In this document: piece after piece, positions 39,318-49,358 of the stretch
How positions within the stretch are numbered: the first letter of the stretch is position 1
Layout of the letters: every line of letters starts with the position of its first letter
DNA from: an uncultured Acidobacteriota bacterium
GTDB taxonomy: Bacteria > Acidobacteriota > Vicinamibacteria > Fen-336
Length of the DNA stretch: 64,000 nt
Direction of reading: 5' to 3'
Assembly: GCA_902826455.1 (NCBI GenBank)
Contig: CADEEV010000001.1
Location: 298,983 to 362,982, forward strand
Translations under genes and position numbers: made by a program
Notes under the pieces: generated by a model
What the model saw: only the letters and a program-made list of their open reading frames with translations
Databases searched by the model: none
What the model was told of the DNA's origin: nothing

Positions 39318-41262
39318 GCGGACCCTGGCGGCGGCGGCCCTCGCCCTGGCGCTGGCCGGGTGCGACGTCGCACCGCGACCGTCTCCGCCGCCCGTCGTGC
39401 TCGTGACGATCGACACGCTGCGGGCGGACCGACTCCCGGCCTACGGTTACTCCGCCGTCTCGACGCCGGCCCTCGACGCCCTGCGCCGGGATGCGATCCA
39501 GTTCGACAACGCCTACAGCCACTGCCCGCTGACGTTGCCGTCCCACGCGTCGCTCTTCACGGGACTGCTGCCGCCCCAGCACGGCGTGCGGAGCAACATC
39601 GGGTATCGCCTCGAGCCGACGCACCGGACGATCGCCGCGGCGCTCTCGAAGCGCGGCTATGCCACCGGCGGCTTCGTGTCGTCGTACGTGCTGCGGGCCG
39701 CCACCGGGATCGCCGCCGGCTTCGACCGCTACGACGAGGTGCCGGCAGCCGCCACGACGGCGATCGGCGACGTGCAGCGGCCGGGCCGCGAGACCGTGGC
39801 GCGCGCCACCGAGTGGCTCGCGGGCGTCGGCGCCCGCCCGTTCTTCCTGTTCGTGCATCTCTACGAGCCCCACTCGCCGTACACGCCGCCGGAGCGGCTC
39901 CGCCTCCGCTACGGCGCGACGTACGACGGCGAGATCGCCGAGGCCGACGCGGCCTTCGGCGGCCTGATCGCGGCTCTCCAGGCGCGCGGGCTCTACGACG
40001 AGGCCCTGATCGTGGTCACGTCCGATCACGGCGAGGGGCTCTCGCAGCACGGGGAGGACGAGCACGGCATCCTGCTGTACCGCGAGGTCCTCCACGTGCC
40101 GCTGTTCGTGAAGCTGCCCGGCCGGGCGCGGGCCGGCGAGCGCGTCACGGCGCCGGTCGGGCTCGATCAGGTGTTTCCCACGCTCACCGCCGCCCGGGAG
40201 GCGTCGCTGCTGGGTGCGCTCCCCGAGCGTCCCATCTATTCCGAGACGTTCTATCCCCGCCTGCATCTCGGCTGGAGCGAGCTGCGGTCGCTCGTGGACG
40301 CGCGACGCCACTACATCAACGGCCCCCGTCCCGAGCTCTACGACCTCGAAGCGGATCCCGGCGAAACGAACGACGTCGCCCCCGGGGCGGGCGCGGCCGC
40401 GGCGTCGTATGGCGCGCGCCTGGCCACGATCGAGTCCCGTTTGGGCGCGCCAGGCAACGCCACGGACGAGGAACGCGAGCGGCTCGCGGCCCTGGGCTAC
40501 GTGGGGACGACCGTCGCCGTCGGTCAGGACGCCGTCCTTCCGAATCCCCGCGAGCGCCTGCGTGTGCGCGACCGGATGAAGAGCGCCCTCGTCCTGTCCC
40601 GCGCCGGTATGGACGAGCGCGCCGCGGCCGCGCTCCGGGGCGTGATGGTGAGCGAGCCAGGGTTCTTCGACGCCCATGTCGAGCTGGCCGCGGTCCTCGC
40701 GCGTCTCGAGCGTCCGGCCGAGGCGCTCGCGGAGTATCGCGCCGCCGCGGCGCTCTCGCCCGTGCTGGCGGGATCCCTCGCGCTGCCGATGGCGAGGCTG
40801 GCCATCGAAACACGCGATCTCGCGGAGGCCGAGAGGCTCGTGGCCGCGGCGCGCGCAGCCCCCGGCGCGGGGCCCGAGGTCCAGGTCGTGACAGGGGAGA
40901 TCCTGCTGGCGCGCGGGCGGCCACGGGAGGCCCTCGCAGTCGTGGGCCGGGACGCGCCGAAGGCGCCCGTCCCTGGCCTCGAGTTCGTGCGCGGCGACGC
41001 CCTCGCTCGCCTCGAGCGCACGGCCGAGGCGCGGCAGGCCCTCGCCGCGGAGGTCGCGGCCAATCCGGGCCACCTGCGCGCCTGGGCGAGCCTGGCGCTC
41101 GTCACGGCGCTCGAGACGCGCCAGCCCACGGACGCGTCGGCGGTGCTCGAGTCGATGTACCGCGCGAACCCGCGTCCGGCCACGGCGGCGCTCGCCGTGC
41201 GGACGCTGCGCTTCATGGGGGAAACGGCCGCAGCGGCGGCCTGGAAGGGGAGGCTCCACTAG
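39307..41262 (+). CDS. Second sulfatase-family TPR lipoprotein, a tandem paralogue
   Basis: Lipobox LAGC; the same architecture. The active-site region reads LTLPSHASLFTGLLP, again with no C-x-P-x-R. 11-nt overlap with the upstream paralogue. Confidence 0.8.
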   Translation: MAAERTLAAAALALALAGCDVAPRPSPPPVVLVTIDTLRADRLPAYGYSAVSTPALDALRRDAIQFDNAYSHCPLTLPSHASLFTGLLPPQHGVRSNIGYRLEPTHRTIAAALSKRGYATGGFVSSYVLRAATGIAAGFDRYDEVPAAATTAIGDVQRPGRETVARATEWLAGVGARPFFLFVHLYEPHSPYTPPERLRLRYGATYDGEIAEADAAFGGLIAALQARGLYDEALIVVTSDHGEGLSQHGEDEHGILLYREVLHVPLFVKLPGRARAGERVTAPVGLDQVFPTLTAAREASLLGALPERPIYSETFYPRLHLGWSELRSLVDARRHYINGPRPELYDLEADPGETNDVAPGAGAAAASYGARLATIESRLGAPGNATDEERERLAALGYVGTTVAVGQDAVLPNPRERLRVRDRMKSALVLSRAGMDERAAAALRGVMVSEPGFFDAHVELAAVLARLERPAEALAEYRAAAALSPVLAGSLALPMARLAIETRDLAEAERLVAAARAAPGAGPEVQVVTGEILLARGRPREALAVVGRDAPKAPVPGLEFVRGDALARLERTAEARQALAAEVAANPGHLRAWASLALVTALETRQPTDASAVLESMYRANPRPATAALAVRTLRFMGETAAAAAWKGRLH

Positions 41263-41263
41263 A

Positions 41264-43390
41264 ATGAAACCAGTGGAAGAACAGCCCGCACTCGCCGGCG
41301 CCGACGGCGTCCGGCGCGTGCGCTTCGGCATCTTCGAGATGGACTTCGCGAGCGGCGAGCTCCTGAAGGGCGGTCGGCTCGTGCGCCTGCCGCCCCAGCC
41401 GTTCCGCCTGCTCGAGATGCTGGTGCGCCGACCGGGGCAGGTCGTGACCCGGGAGGAGATCAAGGAGCAGCTCTGGAACGACGGCACGGTCGTCGACTTC
41501 GACCAGGGCCTGAACTCCTGCATCTACACGATTCGCGGCGTGCTCTCCGACGACGCCGAGGTGCCCCGCTACGTGGAGACCCTGCCGCGCCGCGGGTATC
41601 GCTGGGTCGGCCCGGTCGAGGCCGTCGCCGGCGCGCGGCCCTCGCTCCATCTGGTGACGCCCGGGGAGCCGGCACTGCGCATCGAGCCCGAGCCGCCCGT
41701 GACGCCGCCGTCCTTTCCTCGCGTGCCGGTCTCGCAGCGGGAGCGCTGGCTGGCGGCGCTCGTTCTCGTCACCGCCGGCACGGCCGCCTACGCCTGGTGG
41801 CCGCGCCCGGTCCCCGCCGTGTCCGAGCCGCGCTGGACGCGGGCGTCCTACGAGCGCGGGCTGGTGCGCGGCGCCCGCTTCGCGCCCGGCGGCGATCTCC
41901 TCGAGCTCGCGGCGTGGGGCGGCGGCGTCCCCCGCCTCCATCGCTCCCGGCCCCCGGCGCCCGGCACCGAGCCGGTCGAAGCCACGCTCACGCCGGTGTG
42001 GATCGCCGGCATCGGTCCCGACGGGGAGATCGCGTACGTCCGCACCCAGGCGAACGGCCCCCGCCAGCTGGTGCGTCAGTCCCGCAGCAGCGCGGCCAAG
42101 GTCGTCGCGGAGCGGATCACGGTCGCCGACTGGGACGGCAAGGACACCTTCGCGGCGATCCGTTTCACGGACCGGCCGCGCCTGGAGTTCCCCCTCGGCC
42201 AGGTCCTGGGCGGCGAGAGGCCCTACGTGTCGGACCTGCGCATCTCCCCCGACGGGCGCCACGTCGCGGCGATCGTCCAGGAGCGCACCAACGACGACGG
42301 CGGCCACGTGTCCGTCTTCGACCGCCGCGGTGCCGAGACCCGGATCCCCGGCGTGTTCGCGAGCATCGTGGGCCTCGCCTGGTCTCCTGCGGGCGAGGAG
42401 GTCTGGTTCACCGCCTCGGACCATGGCGCCGACCGCGCCTTGCTCGGCGCGCGCCTCGACGGGCGCATCCGCGTCATCCTCCCCGCCACCGAGCCCCTCG
42501 TCCTGCTCGACGTGGCGAGGGACGGGCGGGTGCTTCTCGACCGCGGAACCCAGCGACAGGGAGTCGTGGTCGGTGGGCCGGGCCTGACGGAGCGCGACGT
42601 GTCCATCTACGACTCGACCTTCGGCAGCGCGTTCTCGGCCGACGGCCGCCAGCTCGTGATGATCGAGAGCGGCGAGGCCGGCGGCGAGAACTACTCGACC
42701 TACGTGCGGGGCATCGACGGTTCTCCCGCGATCCGCGTGGGCCCGGGCGCGGGGCTCGACATCAGCCCCGACGGCCGGACGATCGTGTCGCTGCCGCCGC
42801 GACAGCCGGACCGCCTGCTCCTCCTGCCGGTGGGGCCGGGAGTCGTGAGGACCCTGAGCGATCCGCGCATCGAGGCTTACGAGTGGGCCGGCTTCCGCGA
42901 CGACGACACCCTGGTGTTCTCGGCGCGCGCCAAGGGTGCCGCGAAGCACGCGCTGTACCGCCAGGACTTCGACGCGCCCGAGGCGACCCTGGTGTCGGCG
43001 GGGTTCTCGAGCATCGACCGGGAGAGCGCGCTCACGGCCGACCGGCGCTTCATCTTCGGGTTCTGCGACGAGACCAAGGGCATCACGTGCCTCCAGCCCA
43101 CGGACGGCGGCGCGCCGCGCGAGGTCAAGATCCTCGACGACATGCTGCCCGTGTGGTGGCACCCGAGCGGCACCAAGGTCTACGCCCGCGGCTACGACCA
43201 GCCGCCGCTCCTGATCGAGGAGGTGGACCTCGAGCGCCAGACGAAGCGCCCGTTCCTCGTCCTGGCAGCCGCCGACCCCGCGGGCATCGGCTTCCTGTCG
43301 AACCCGATCGGCTCGCCGTCGACCGGACGCTACGCCTACACGTACACGCGCCGGCTGTCCGAGCTGTTCGTCGCCACCGGGCTGCGATGA
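41264..43390 (+). CDS. CadC/ToxR-like membrane-anchored transcriptional regulator (OmpR-type winged helix + TM + periplasmic TolB-like beta-propeller)
   Basis: Trans_reg_C domain (LLEMLVRRPGQVVTREEIKEQLW...TLPRRGYRW); one TM (WLAALVLVTAGTAAYAWW); WD40/TolB-like repeats C-terminally. Confidence 0.8.
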   Translation: MKPVEEQPALAGADGVRRVRFGIFEMDFASGELLKGGRLVRLPPQPFRLLEMLVRRPGQVVTREEIKEQLWNDGTVVDFDQGLNSCIYTIRGVLSDDAEVPRYVETLPRRGYRWVGPVEAVAGARPSLHLVTPGEPALRIEPEPPVTPPSFPRVPVSQRERWLAALVLVTAGTAAYAWWPRPVPAVSEPRWTRASYERGLVRGARFAPGGDLLELAAWGGGVPRLHRSRPPAPGTEPVEATLTPVWIAGIGPDGEIAYVRTQANGPRQLVRQSRSSAAKVVAERITVADWDGKDTFAAIRFTDRPRLEFPLGQVLGGERPYVSDLRISPDGRHVAAIVQERTNDDGGHVSVFDRRGAETRIPGVFASIVGLAWSPAGEEVWFTASDHGADRALLGARLDGRIRVILPATEPLVLLDVARDGRVLLDRGTQRQGVVVGGPGLTERDVSIYDSTFGSAFSADGRQLVMIESGEAGGENYSTYVRGIDGSPAIRVGPGAGLDISPDGRTIVSLPPRQPDRLLLLPVGPGVVRTLSDPRIEAYEWAGFRDDDTLVFSARAKGAAKHALYRQDFDAPEATLVSAGFSSIDRESALTADRRFIFGFCDETKGITCLQPTDGGAPREVKILDDMLPVWWHPSGTKVYARGYDQPPLLIEEVDLERQTKRPFLVLAAADPAGIGFLSNPIGSPSTGRYAYTYTRRLSELFVATGLR

Positions 43391-44580
43391 GCGCCCTGGC
43401 GCTCGTCGGGCTCGCGGCCGCCCTGGGGGCCGGCCAGGAGACGCCCACGTTCGAGGCGCGTGTGAGCCTGGTGACGGTGGACGCCGTCGTCGTCGGAGCC
43501 GACGGCGAGCCCATGGCCGGTCTTCCCCAGGGCGCGTTCCAGATCCTCGAGGACGGCGTCGCCCAGCCGGTCGTCAGCTTCAGCGCGATCGGTGGGGCGC
43601 CCATGGTCCGAGCCGAGGCCGTCGCGGTCCCCGGAGCGGCCGCGGCGGCGGCGCCAACCCCGGCGCGGACCTTCGCCCTGGTCTTCGACGACGAGCACCT
43701 GACGAAGCCCCAGGCCGAGCGCGTGAAGGCGGCGCTCGCGTCGTTCCTCACGAAGCACGCCGAGCCGGGGGACGTGATCGCGCTGTTCGCGCCCTCGAAC
43801 CAGGTGTCGCGGGTCACGCGCCTCCCCGAGGGCCGGACGGCGCTCCTGGCCCTCGTCGCGAAGCTGCGCGGCTTCGCGCGGCGCGAGGGCTCGCCGCCGC
43901 GCGTCTCCGAACAGGAGGCCTACGAGATGGAGGTGCACCGGGACCAGCGCGTCGAGGACGCCCTCGTCGTGCGGTTCCTGGCGTACGACGCGCAGCCGAG
44001 CGACAAGGACGTCGAAGGGGCCCGGCTCATGGTGCGGGCGCGCGCCGCGGAGGTTCACGCCTACGCGTCGCAGGCGCGGGCCGAGACCCTCGGGCTCCTG
44101 GAGCGCACGCTCGGCTGGCTCGGCTCGCTGCCGGGCCGCCGCGTCCTCGTCCTCGCGTCGGCCGGATTCGCGTACGACGAGACCGAGCAGCGCCTGCGGA
44201 GCCTCGCCGCGGCGTCGCTCCTGGCGAACGCGCCCATCCACCTGCTCGACGCGCGCGGCCTCGAGAGCGCCCACCCCTTCAAGGACGTCGAGTTCGAGGC
44301 CGGCTCGAGCGTCCGGGAATCGGCCACGAGCCTCGCCGAGCGCCTCTCCGCCGCGGCCGGGGCCGACAGCCTCGCCCTGGACAGCGGCGGCATCGTGGTG
44401 CGGAACGCGAACGACCTCGAGGCGGGCCTGCGGCGCGTGGCGGCGACGGCGCGCGTCTACTACCTGCTCGGATATCAGCCGCCGGCCGGAAGGAGAGAGG
44501 GCCGCTTCCGGAAGATCGAGGTACGGGTGAGCCTTCCCGGAGCGCGGGTGCGGGCGCGCCGCGGATACTTCGGCGGCTAG
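43387..44580 (+). CDS. VWFA-related (TIGR03436-type, Acidobacteria-typical) domain protein
   Basis: TFEARVSLVTVDAVVVGADGEPMAGLPQGAFQILEDGVAQPV matches the characteristic N-terminal motif. ATGA-coupled to the upstream regulator gene. Confidence 0.75.
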   Translation: MSALALVGLAAALGAGQETPTFEARVSLVTVDAVVVGADGEPMAGLPQGAFQILEDGVAQPVVSFSAIGGAPMVRAEAVAVPGAAAAAAPTPARTFALVFDDEHLTKPQAERVKAALASFLTKHAEPGDVIALFAPSNQVSRVTRLPEGRTALLALVAKLRGFARREGSPPRVSEQEAYEMEVHRDQRVEDALVVRFLAYDAQPSDKDVEGARLMVRARAAEVHAYASQARAETLGLLERTLGWLGSLPGRRVLVLASAGFAYDETEQRLRSLAAASLLANAPIHLLDARGLESAHPFKDVEFEAGSSVRESATSLAERLSAAAGADSLALDSGGIVVRNANDLEAGLRRVAATARVYYLLGYQPPAGRREGRFRKIEVRVSLPGARVRARRGYFGG

Positions 44581-44582
44581 CG

Positions 44583-45980
<1,398 letters not shown>

Positions 45981-46032
45981 GCCGCGATTATCCCTTCGTC
46001 CCGGCGCCGCGTACACTGCGATCCAGACTCCC

Positions 46033-48543
46033 ATGGCCGACCTGCGCACCCTGCGCTACGCGCGTCTCGCGTCCGCCGCGATCGTGCTCGCGTTCCTCCT
46101 CGCGCTCGAGTTCTCGGCGGCGTCGCGGCCCACGCTGCAGCTCGCGAGCGACGCCTTCCAGCTCGGGCTGTGCCTGGTCTCCGGCGTGTTGTGCCTGGCC
46201 GCCGCGCGCCGGGGAAGCGTGCCGGCCCGCCGCTTCTGGCGCCTGCTCGGGGCCGGCGCGCTCACGTGGACCGCCGCCCAGGCGCTCTGGACGTGGCGCC
46301 TCGTGGGCCTCGATCCCCAGAAGCTCCCGCTCCTCGACGACCTGCTGTTCTGGCTCGCCCTCGTGCCCTGGCTGCTCGCCGTGGTGGCGCGCCCCGACCG
46401 TCCGCGCGTCCGCGCCACGGGCCTGTGGTTCGACGCGACCCTCGTCGCCGTCCTGGCGCTCCACGTCTACGCGTACGCCATGGCCGGCAGCCTCCAGGCC
46501 GGGCGTGGCGCCATCTTCGTCGCCTGGCCGCCGGAGTTCTGGTACGTCCGCGACGGGGCGTTGATCGGCTCCTACGTCTGGCTGGTCGTCACCGCGGCGC
46601 CGCCCTGGCGCGCCGTCTTTGCCCAGGTGCTCGCGGCGATGGCGATCCTGCACGGCGGCGACACGTTCAGCAGCCTCTTCATCCGCGAGGGCTCGTACCA
46701 CCCCGGCCTGCTGGACCTCCCCTGGACCGCGCCCTTCCTGATCCTGGCCCACGCGGCCGCATCCTTCCGCCCGGGTCCGGGCTTCGACGTTGCGCCCTGG
46801 GAGCCCGACTGGCGCCGGACCCGCCGCGGCATGCTCACGGCCACGGTCATCGTCGTGCTCGTGCCCGGGACGCACCTCGCATACCGCTCGTGGATCGAGG
46901 CCGGCGCGGGCCCGTTCGCCCTCCAGGGCGCCCTCGCGCTCGGCACCACGCTGCTGATCGGAGGCTTGCTGGCGCTGCGCCAGTGGCAGCTGCTGCGCGC
47001 GTTCCAGGAGGCGCAGGAGGAGCGCGAGAAGGCGCTGCGGCGCTCCGAGGAGCGTTTCCAGAAGGCCTTCGAGGCGAGTCCCGCCGCCCTCAGCCTCAGG
47101 ACGCGCGCCGACGGCCGCTACCTCGACGTCAACGAGCGGGGCCTCGCCTTGCTCGGCTACGCGCGCGCGGAGATCGTGGGCCACGCGGCGGAGGAGCTCG
47201 GCATCTGGATCGAGCCGGCCGCGCGGGTGGCTCTCGAGCAGCTGGCGCGGGAGGAAGGCAGCGTCCGCGACTTTCCGGCGCGCTTCCGCACCCGCTCGGG
47301 GGAGGTGCGCGAGGTCATCAGCTCCGTGGAGACCCTGGAGATCGACGGCGTCCCATGCCTGCTCGAGCTCACCGAGGACGTCACCGAGCGTCGCAAGCTC
47401 GAGGAGCGCCTGGTCCAGTCCCAGCGCCTCGAGTCCATGGGCCGCCTGGCTGGCGGCATCGCCCACGACTTCAACAACCTCCTGGGCGTCATCCTCGGCT
47501 ACTCGTCGCTGGTGCTGAGCCGCCTGCCCGAGGACCACCCCGTGACGGGGAAGGTCGCGCAGATCCAGCGCGCCGGCGAGCGGGCGGCGGGCCTGACGCG
47601 GCAGCTTCTCGCCTTCAGTTCCCGCCAGGTCCTCGTGCCGACCGTCGTGGACCTCGCGGTCCTGCTCCACGACACGGAGAAGATGCTCGGGCGCCTCATC
47701 GGCGAGGACATCGAGCTCGCGACCTCGGTGGCGCCGGGACTGGGCCGCGTGAAGGCCGACCCGAGCCAGATCGAGCAGGTCCTGATGAACCTCGTCGTCA
47801 ACGCGCGCGACGCGATGCCCGAAGGCGGCCGCCTCGGCATCGACCTCCGCGACGTGACCGTCGAGAGCCCGCTACCCCTCGAACGGGGCGTCCTGCCGCC
47901 CGGGGCCTACGTCGTGCTGGCCGTCCGCGACTCCGGCGTCGGCATCAGCGACGATGTGCGCGATCACCTCTTCGAGCCGTTCTTCACCACCAAGGAGCGC
48001 GGCAAGGGCACCGGCCTCGGCCTCGCGACCGTCCACGGCATCGTGGAGCAGAGCGGCGGCCGCATCTCGGTCGAGACGACGCTGGGGGCCGGCACCACGT
48101 TCCGGGTCTACCTGCCGCGTGTCGACGACGCCGCCTCGGATGCGGGCCGGGCGCCCGCTGCAGCCACCCCGCGCGGATCCGAGACGCTGCTGCTCGTCGA
48201 GGACGAGGATCCGCTCCGCGAGATGACCCGCGAGATCCTGACCGAGGGCGGCTACGTGGTCCTCGAGGCCGAGAACGGGAGCCGCGCCCTCGAGGTCGCG
48301 GCGGCCCACGCGGGCCCGATCCACCTGCTGCTGACCGACGTGGTCATGCCCGGTCTGAGCGGCCCGAAGACGGCCGAGCGCCTCACGGCGCTGCGGCCCG
48401 GGACCCGCGTGTTGTTCGCTTCGGGCTACACGGCGGGGGAGCTGGGGCCCCACGGCGTGCTCGACCCCAGCGTCGAATTCCTGCAGAAACCCTACACGCC
48501 CGACGATCTGCTGGCGCGCATCCGCGACGTCCTCGATCGCTGA
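46033..48543 (+). CDS. Hybrid sensor histidine kinase/response regulator (multi-TM N-terminus, PAS, HisKA, HATPase, REC)
   Basis: H-box (IAHDFNNLL), N/G1/G2 boxes ([22 protein letters not shown]), receiver domain with the phospho-acceptor Asp motif ([10 protein letters not shown]). Start at ATG 46033 within the 1051 aa track ORF. Confidence 0.85.
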   Translation: MADLRTLRYARLASAAIVLAFLLALEFSAASRPTLQLASDAFQLGLCLVSGVLCLAAARRGSVPARRFWRLLGAGALTWTAAQALWTWRLVGLDPQKLPLLDDLLFWLALVPWLLAVVARPDRPRVRATGLWFDATLVAVLALHVYAYAMAGSLQAGRGAIFVAWPPEFWYVRDGALIGSYVWLVVTAAPPWRAVFAQVLAAMAILHGGDTFSSLFIREGSYHPGLLDLPWTAPFLILAHAAASFRPGPGFDVAPWEPDWRRTRRGMLTATVIVVLVPGTHLAYRSWIEAGAGPFALQGALALGTTLLIGGLLALRQWQLLRAFQEAQEEREKALRRSEERFQKAFEASPAALSLRTRADGRYLDVNERGLALLGYARAEIVGHAAEELGIWIEPAARVALEQLAREEGSVRDFPARFRTRSGEVREVISSVETLEIDGVPCLLELTEDVTERRKLEERLVQSQRLESMGRLAGGIAHDFNNLLGVILGYSSLVLSRLPEDHPVTGKVAQIQRAGERAAGLTRQLLAFSSRQVLVPTVVDLAVLLHDTEKMLGRLIGEDIELATSVAPGLGRVKADPSQIEQVLMNLVVNARDAMPEGGRLGIDLRDVTVESPLPLERGVLPPGAYVVLAVRDSGVGISDDVRDHLFEPFFTTKERGKGTGLGLATVHGIVEQSGGRISVETTLGAGTTFRVYLPRVDDAASDAGRAPAAATPRGSETLLLVEDEDPLREMTREILTEGGYVVLEAENGSRALEVAAAHAGPIHLLLTDVVMPGLSGPKTAERLTALRPGTRVLFASGYTAGELGPHGVLDPSVEFLQKPYTPDDLLARIRDVLDR

Positions 48544-48562
48544 CGCGCGCCAGCGGTCTCGC

Positions 48563-48904
48563 TCAGGCGCGCACGACGGACGGCTGGGCCGCGGGCACGA
48601 GCTGCTGCAGCTTCTCGAAGGAGACGAGGCCCACGCTCTGCTCCACGAGGGCTCCCTTGCGGAACACGAGCAGCGTCGGGATGCTCGAGATCCCGAAGCG
48701 GCCGGCGATGTCCTGGCTCTCGTCGACGTTGAGCTTGCCCACCACCACGTCGGGCCGCGCCTCGGCGAAGCGCTCGACGGTCGGGGTGAGCAGCCGGCAC
48801 GGCGCGCACCACTGGGCCCAGAAGTCGACGAGGACGGTCTTGTCGGACTTGAGCACCAGGGCATCGAAGTTCTGGGACGTCAGGGTCACGGTCTTGTCGG
48901 ACAT
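48563..48904 (-). CDS. trxA: Thioredoxin
   Basis: WCAPCR active site (FWAQWCAPCRLL). Start reassigned to MSDKTV. Confidence 0.9.
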   Translation of the reverse strand: MSDKTVTLTSQNFDALVLKSDKTVLVDFWAQWCAPCRLLTPTVERFAEARPDVVVGKLNVDESQDIAGRFGISSIPTLLVFRKGALVEQSVGLVSFEKLQQLVPAAQPSVVRA

Positions 48905-48948
48905 CGGATCACCTCGAATGGAAATTGGAATGAGAACGGCCGAACGGC

Positions 48949-49281
48949 TCAACGCGACTGGCGGAACACCAGCTCCAGCAATTCCTCGTAGACCCGGTCG
49001 GCACGCTGGGTGCCGTGGGCCTGATCGACGCAATGCTTCAGGTGATTCCGCATCAGCCCGCGCGCCACGCTGCGGAGGGCCTCCTGGACCGCGGCCATCT
49101 GGGTGAGGATCTCGGGGCAGTAGCGCTCTTCCTCCAGCATCCGCTGCAGGCCGCGCAGCTGGCCCTCGATCCGCCGCAGGGATCCCTGGCTCTTCGCCTT
49201 GATCTCCGCGTCCACCACCGAGCGGGCGCTCCCGTCGCGGACCTCGCAGGCGCAGGCCGAGCCCGCCCCCAGGTCCACCAC
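48949..49281 (-). CDS. CsoR/RcnR/FrmR-family (DUF156) metal/stress-sensing transcriptional repressor
   Basis: RIEGQLRGLQRML...YCPEIL...NHLKHC gives a C-H-x3-C sensing triad (CsoR-like). Start moved from the track ATG 49320 to GTG 49281, which is preceded by AGGAGG at 9-nt spacing; this also frees the upstream operator palindromes from the coding region. Confidence 0.75.
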   Translation of the reverse strand: MVDLGAGSACACEVRDGSARSVVDAEIKAKSQGSLRRIEGQLRGLQRMLEEERYCPEILTQMAAVQEALRSVARGLMRNHLKHCVDQAHGTQRADRVYEELLELVFRQSR

Positions 49282-49320
49282 CGGCGCTTTCCTCCTCGCC
49301 CGCCTGGCCGCTTCCTTCAT

Positions 49321-49357
49321 ACCCTCCAGGGGTAATATAGGTACCCCTCAGGGGTAT
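49321..49357 (-). promoter_or_regulatory. Two tandem CsoR-type GC-rich palindromic operators upstream of csoR-trxA
   Basis: ACCCTCCAGGGGT (49321-49333) and TACCCCTCAGGGGTA (49342-49356) resemble described CsoR operators (ATACCC-N-GGGTAT-type). Confidence 0.5.
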
Positions 49358-49358
49358 G

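Noticed and set aside
49282-49320. Original CsoR-family ORF start at ATG 49320 (MKEAARRARRK...)
   Set aside because: That ATG abuts the operator palindromes with no room for a promoter or RBS. An AGGAGG sits 9 nt before GTG 49281, which yields a protein of typical CsoR length. Both remain possible.
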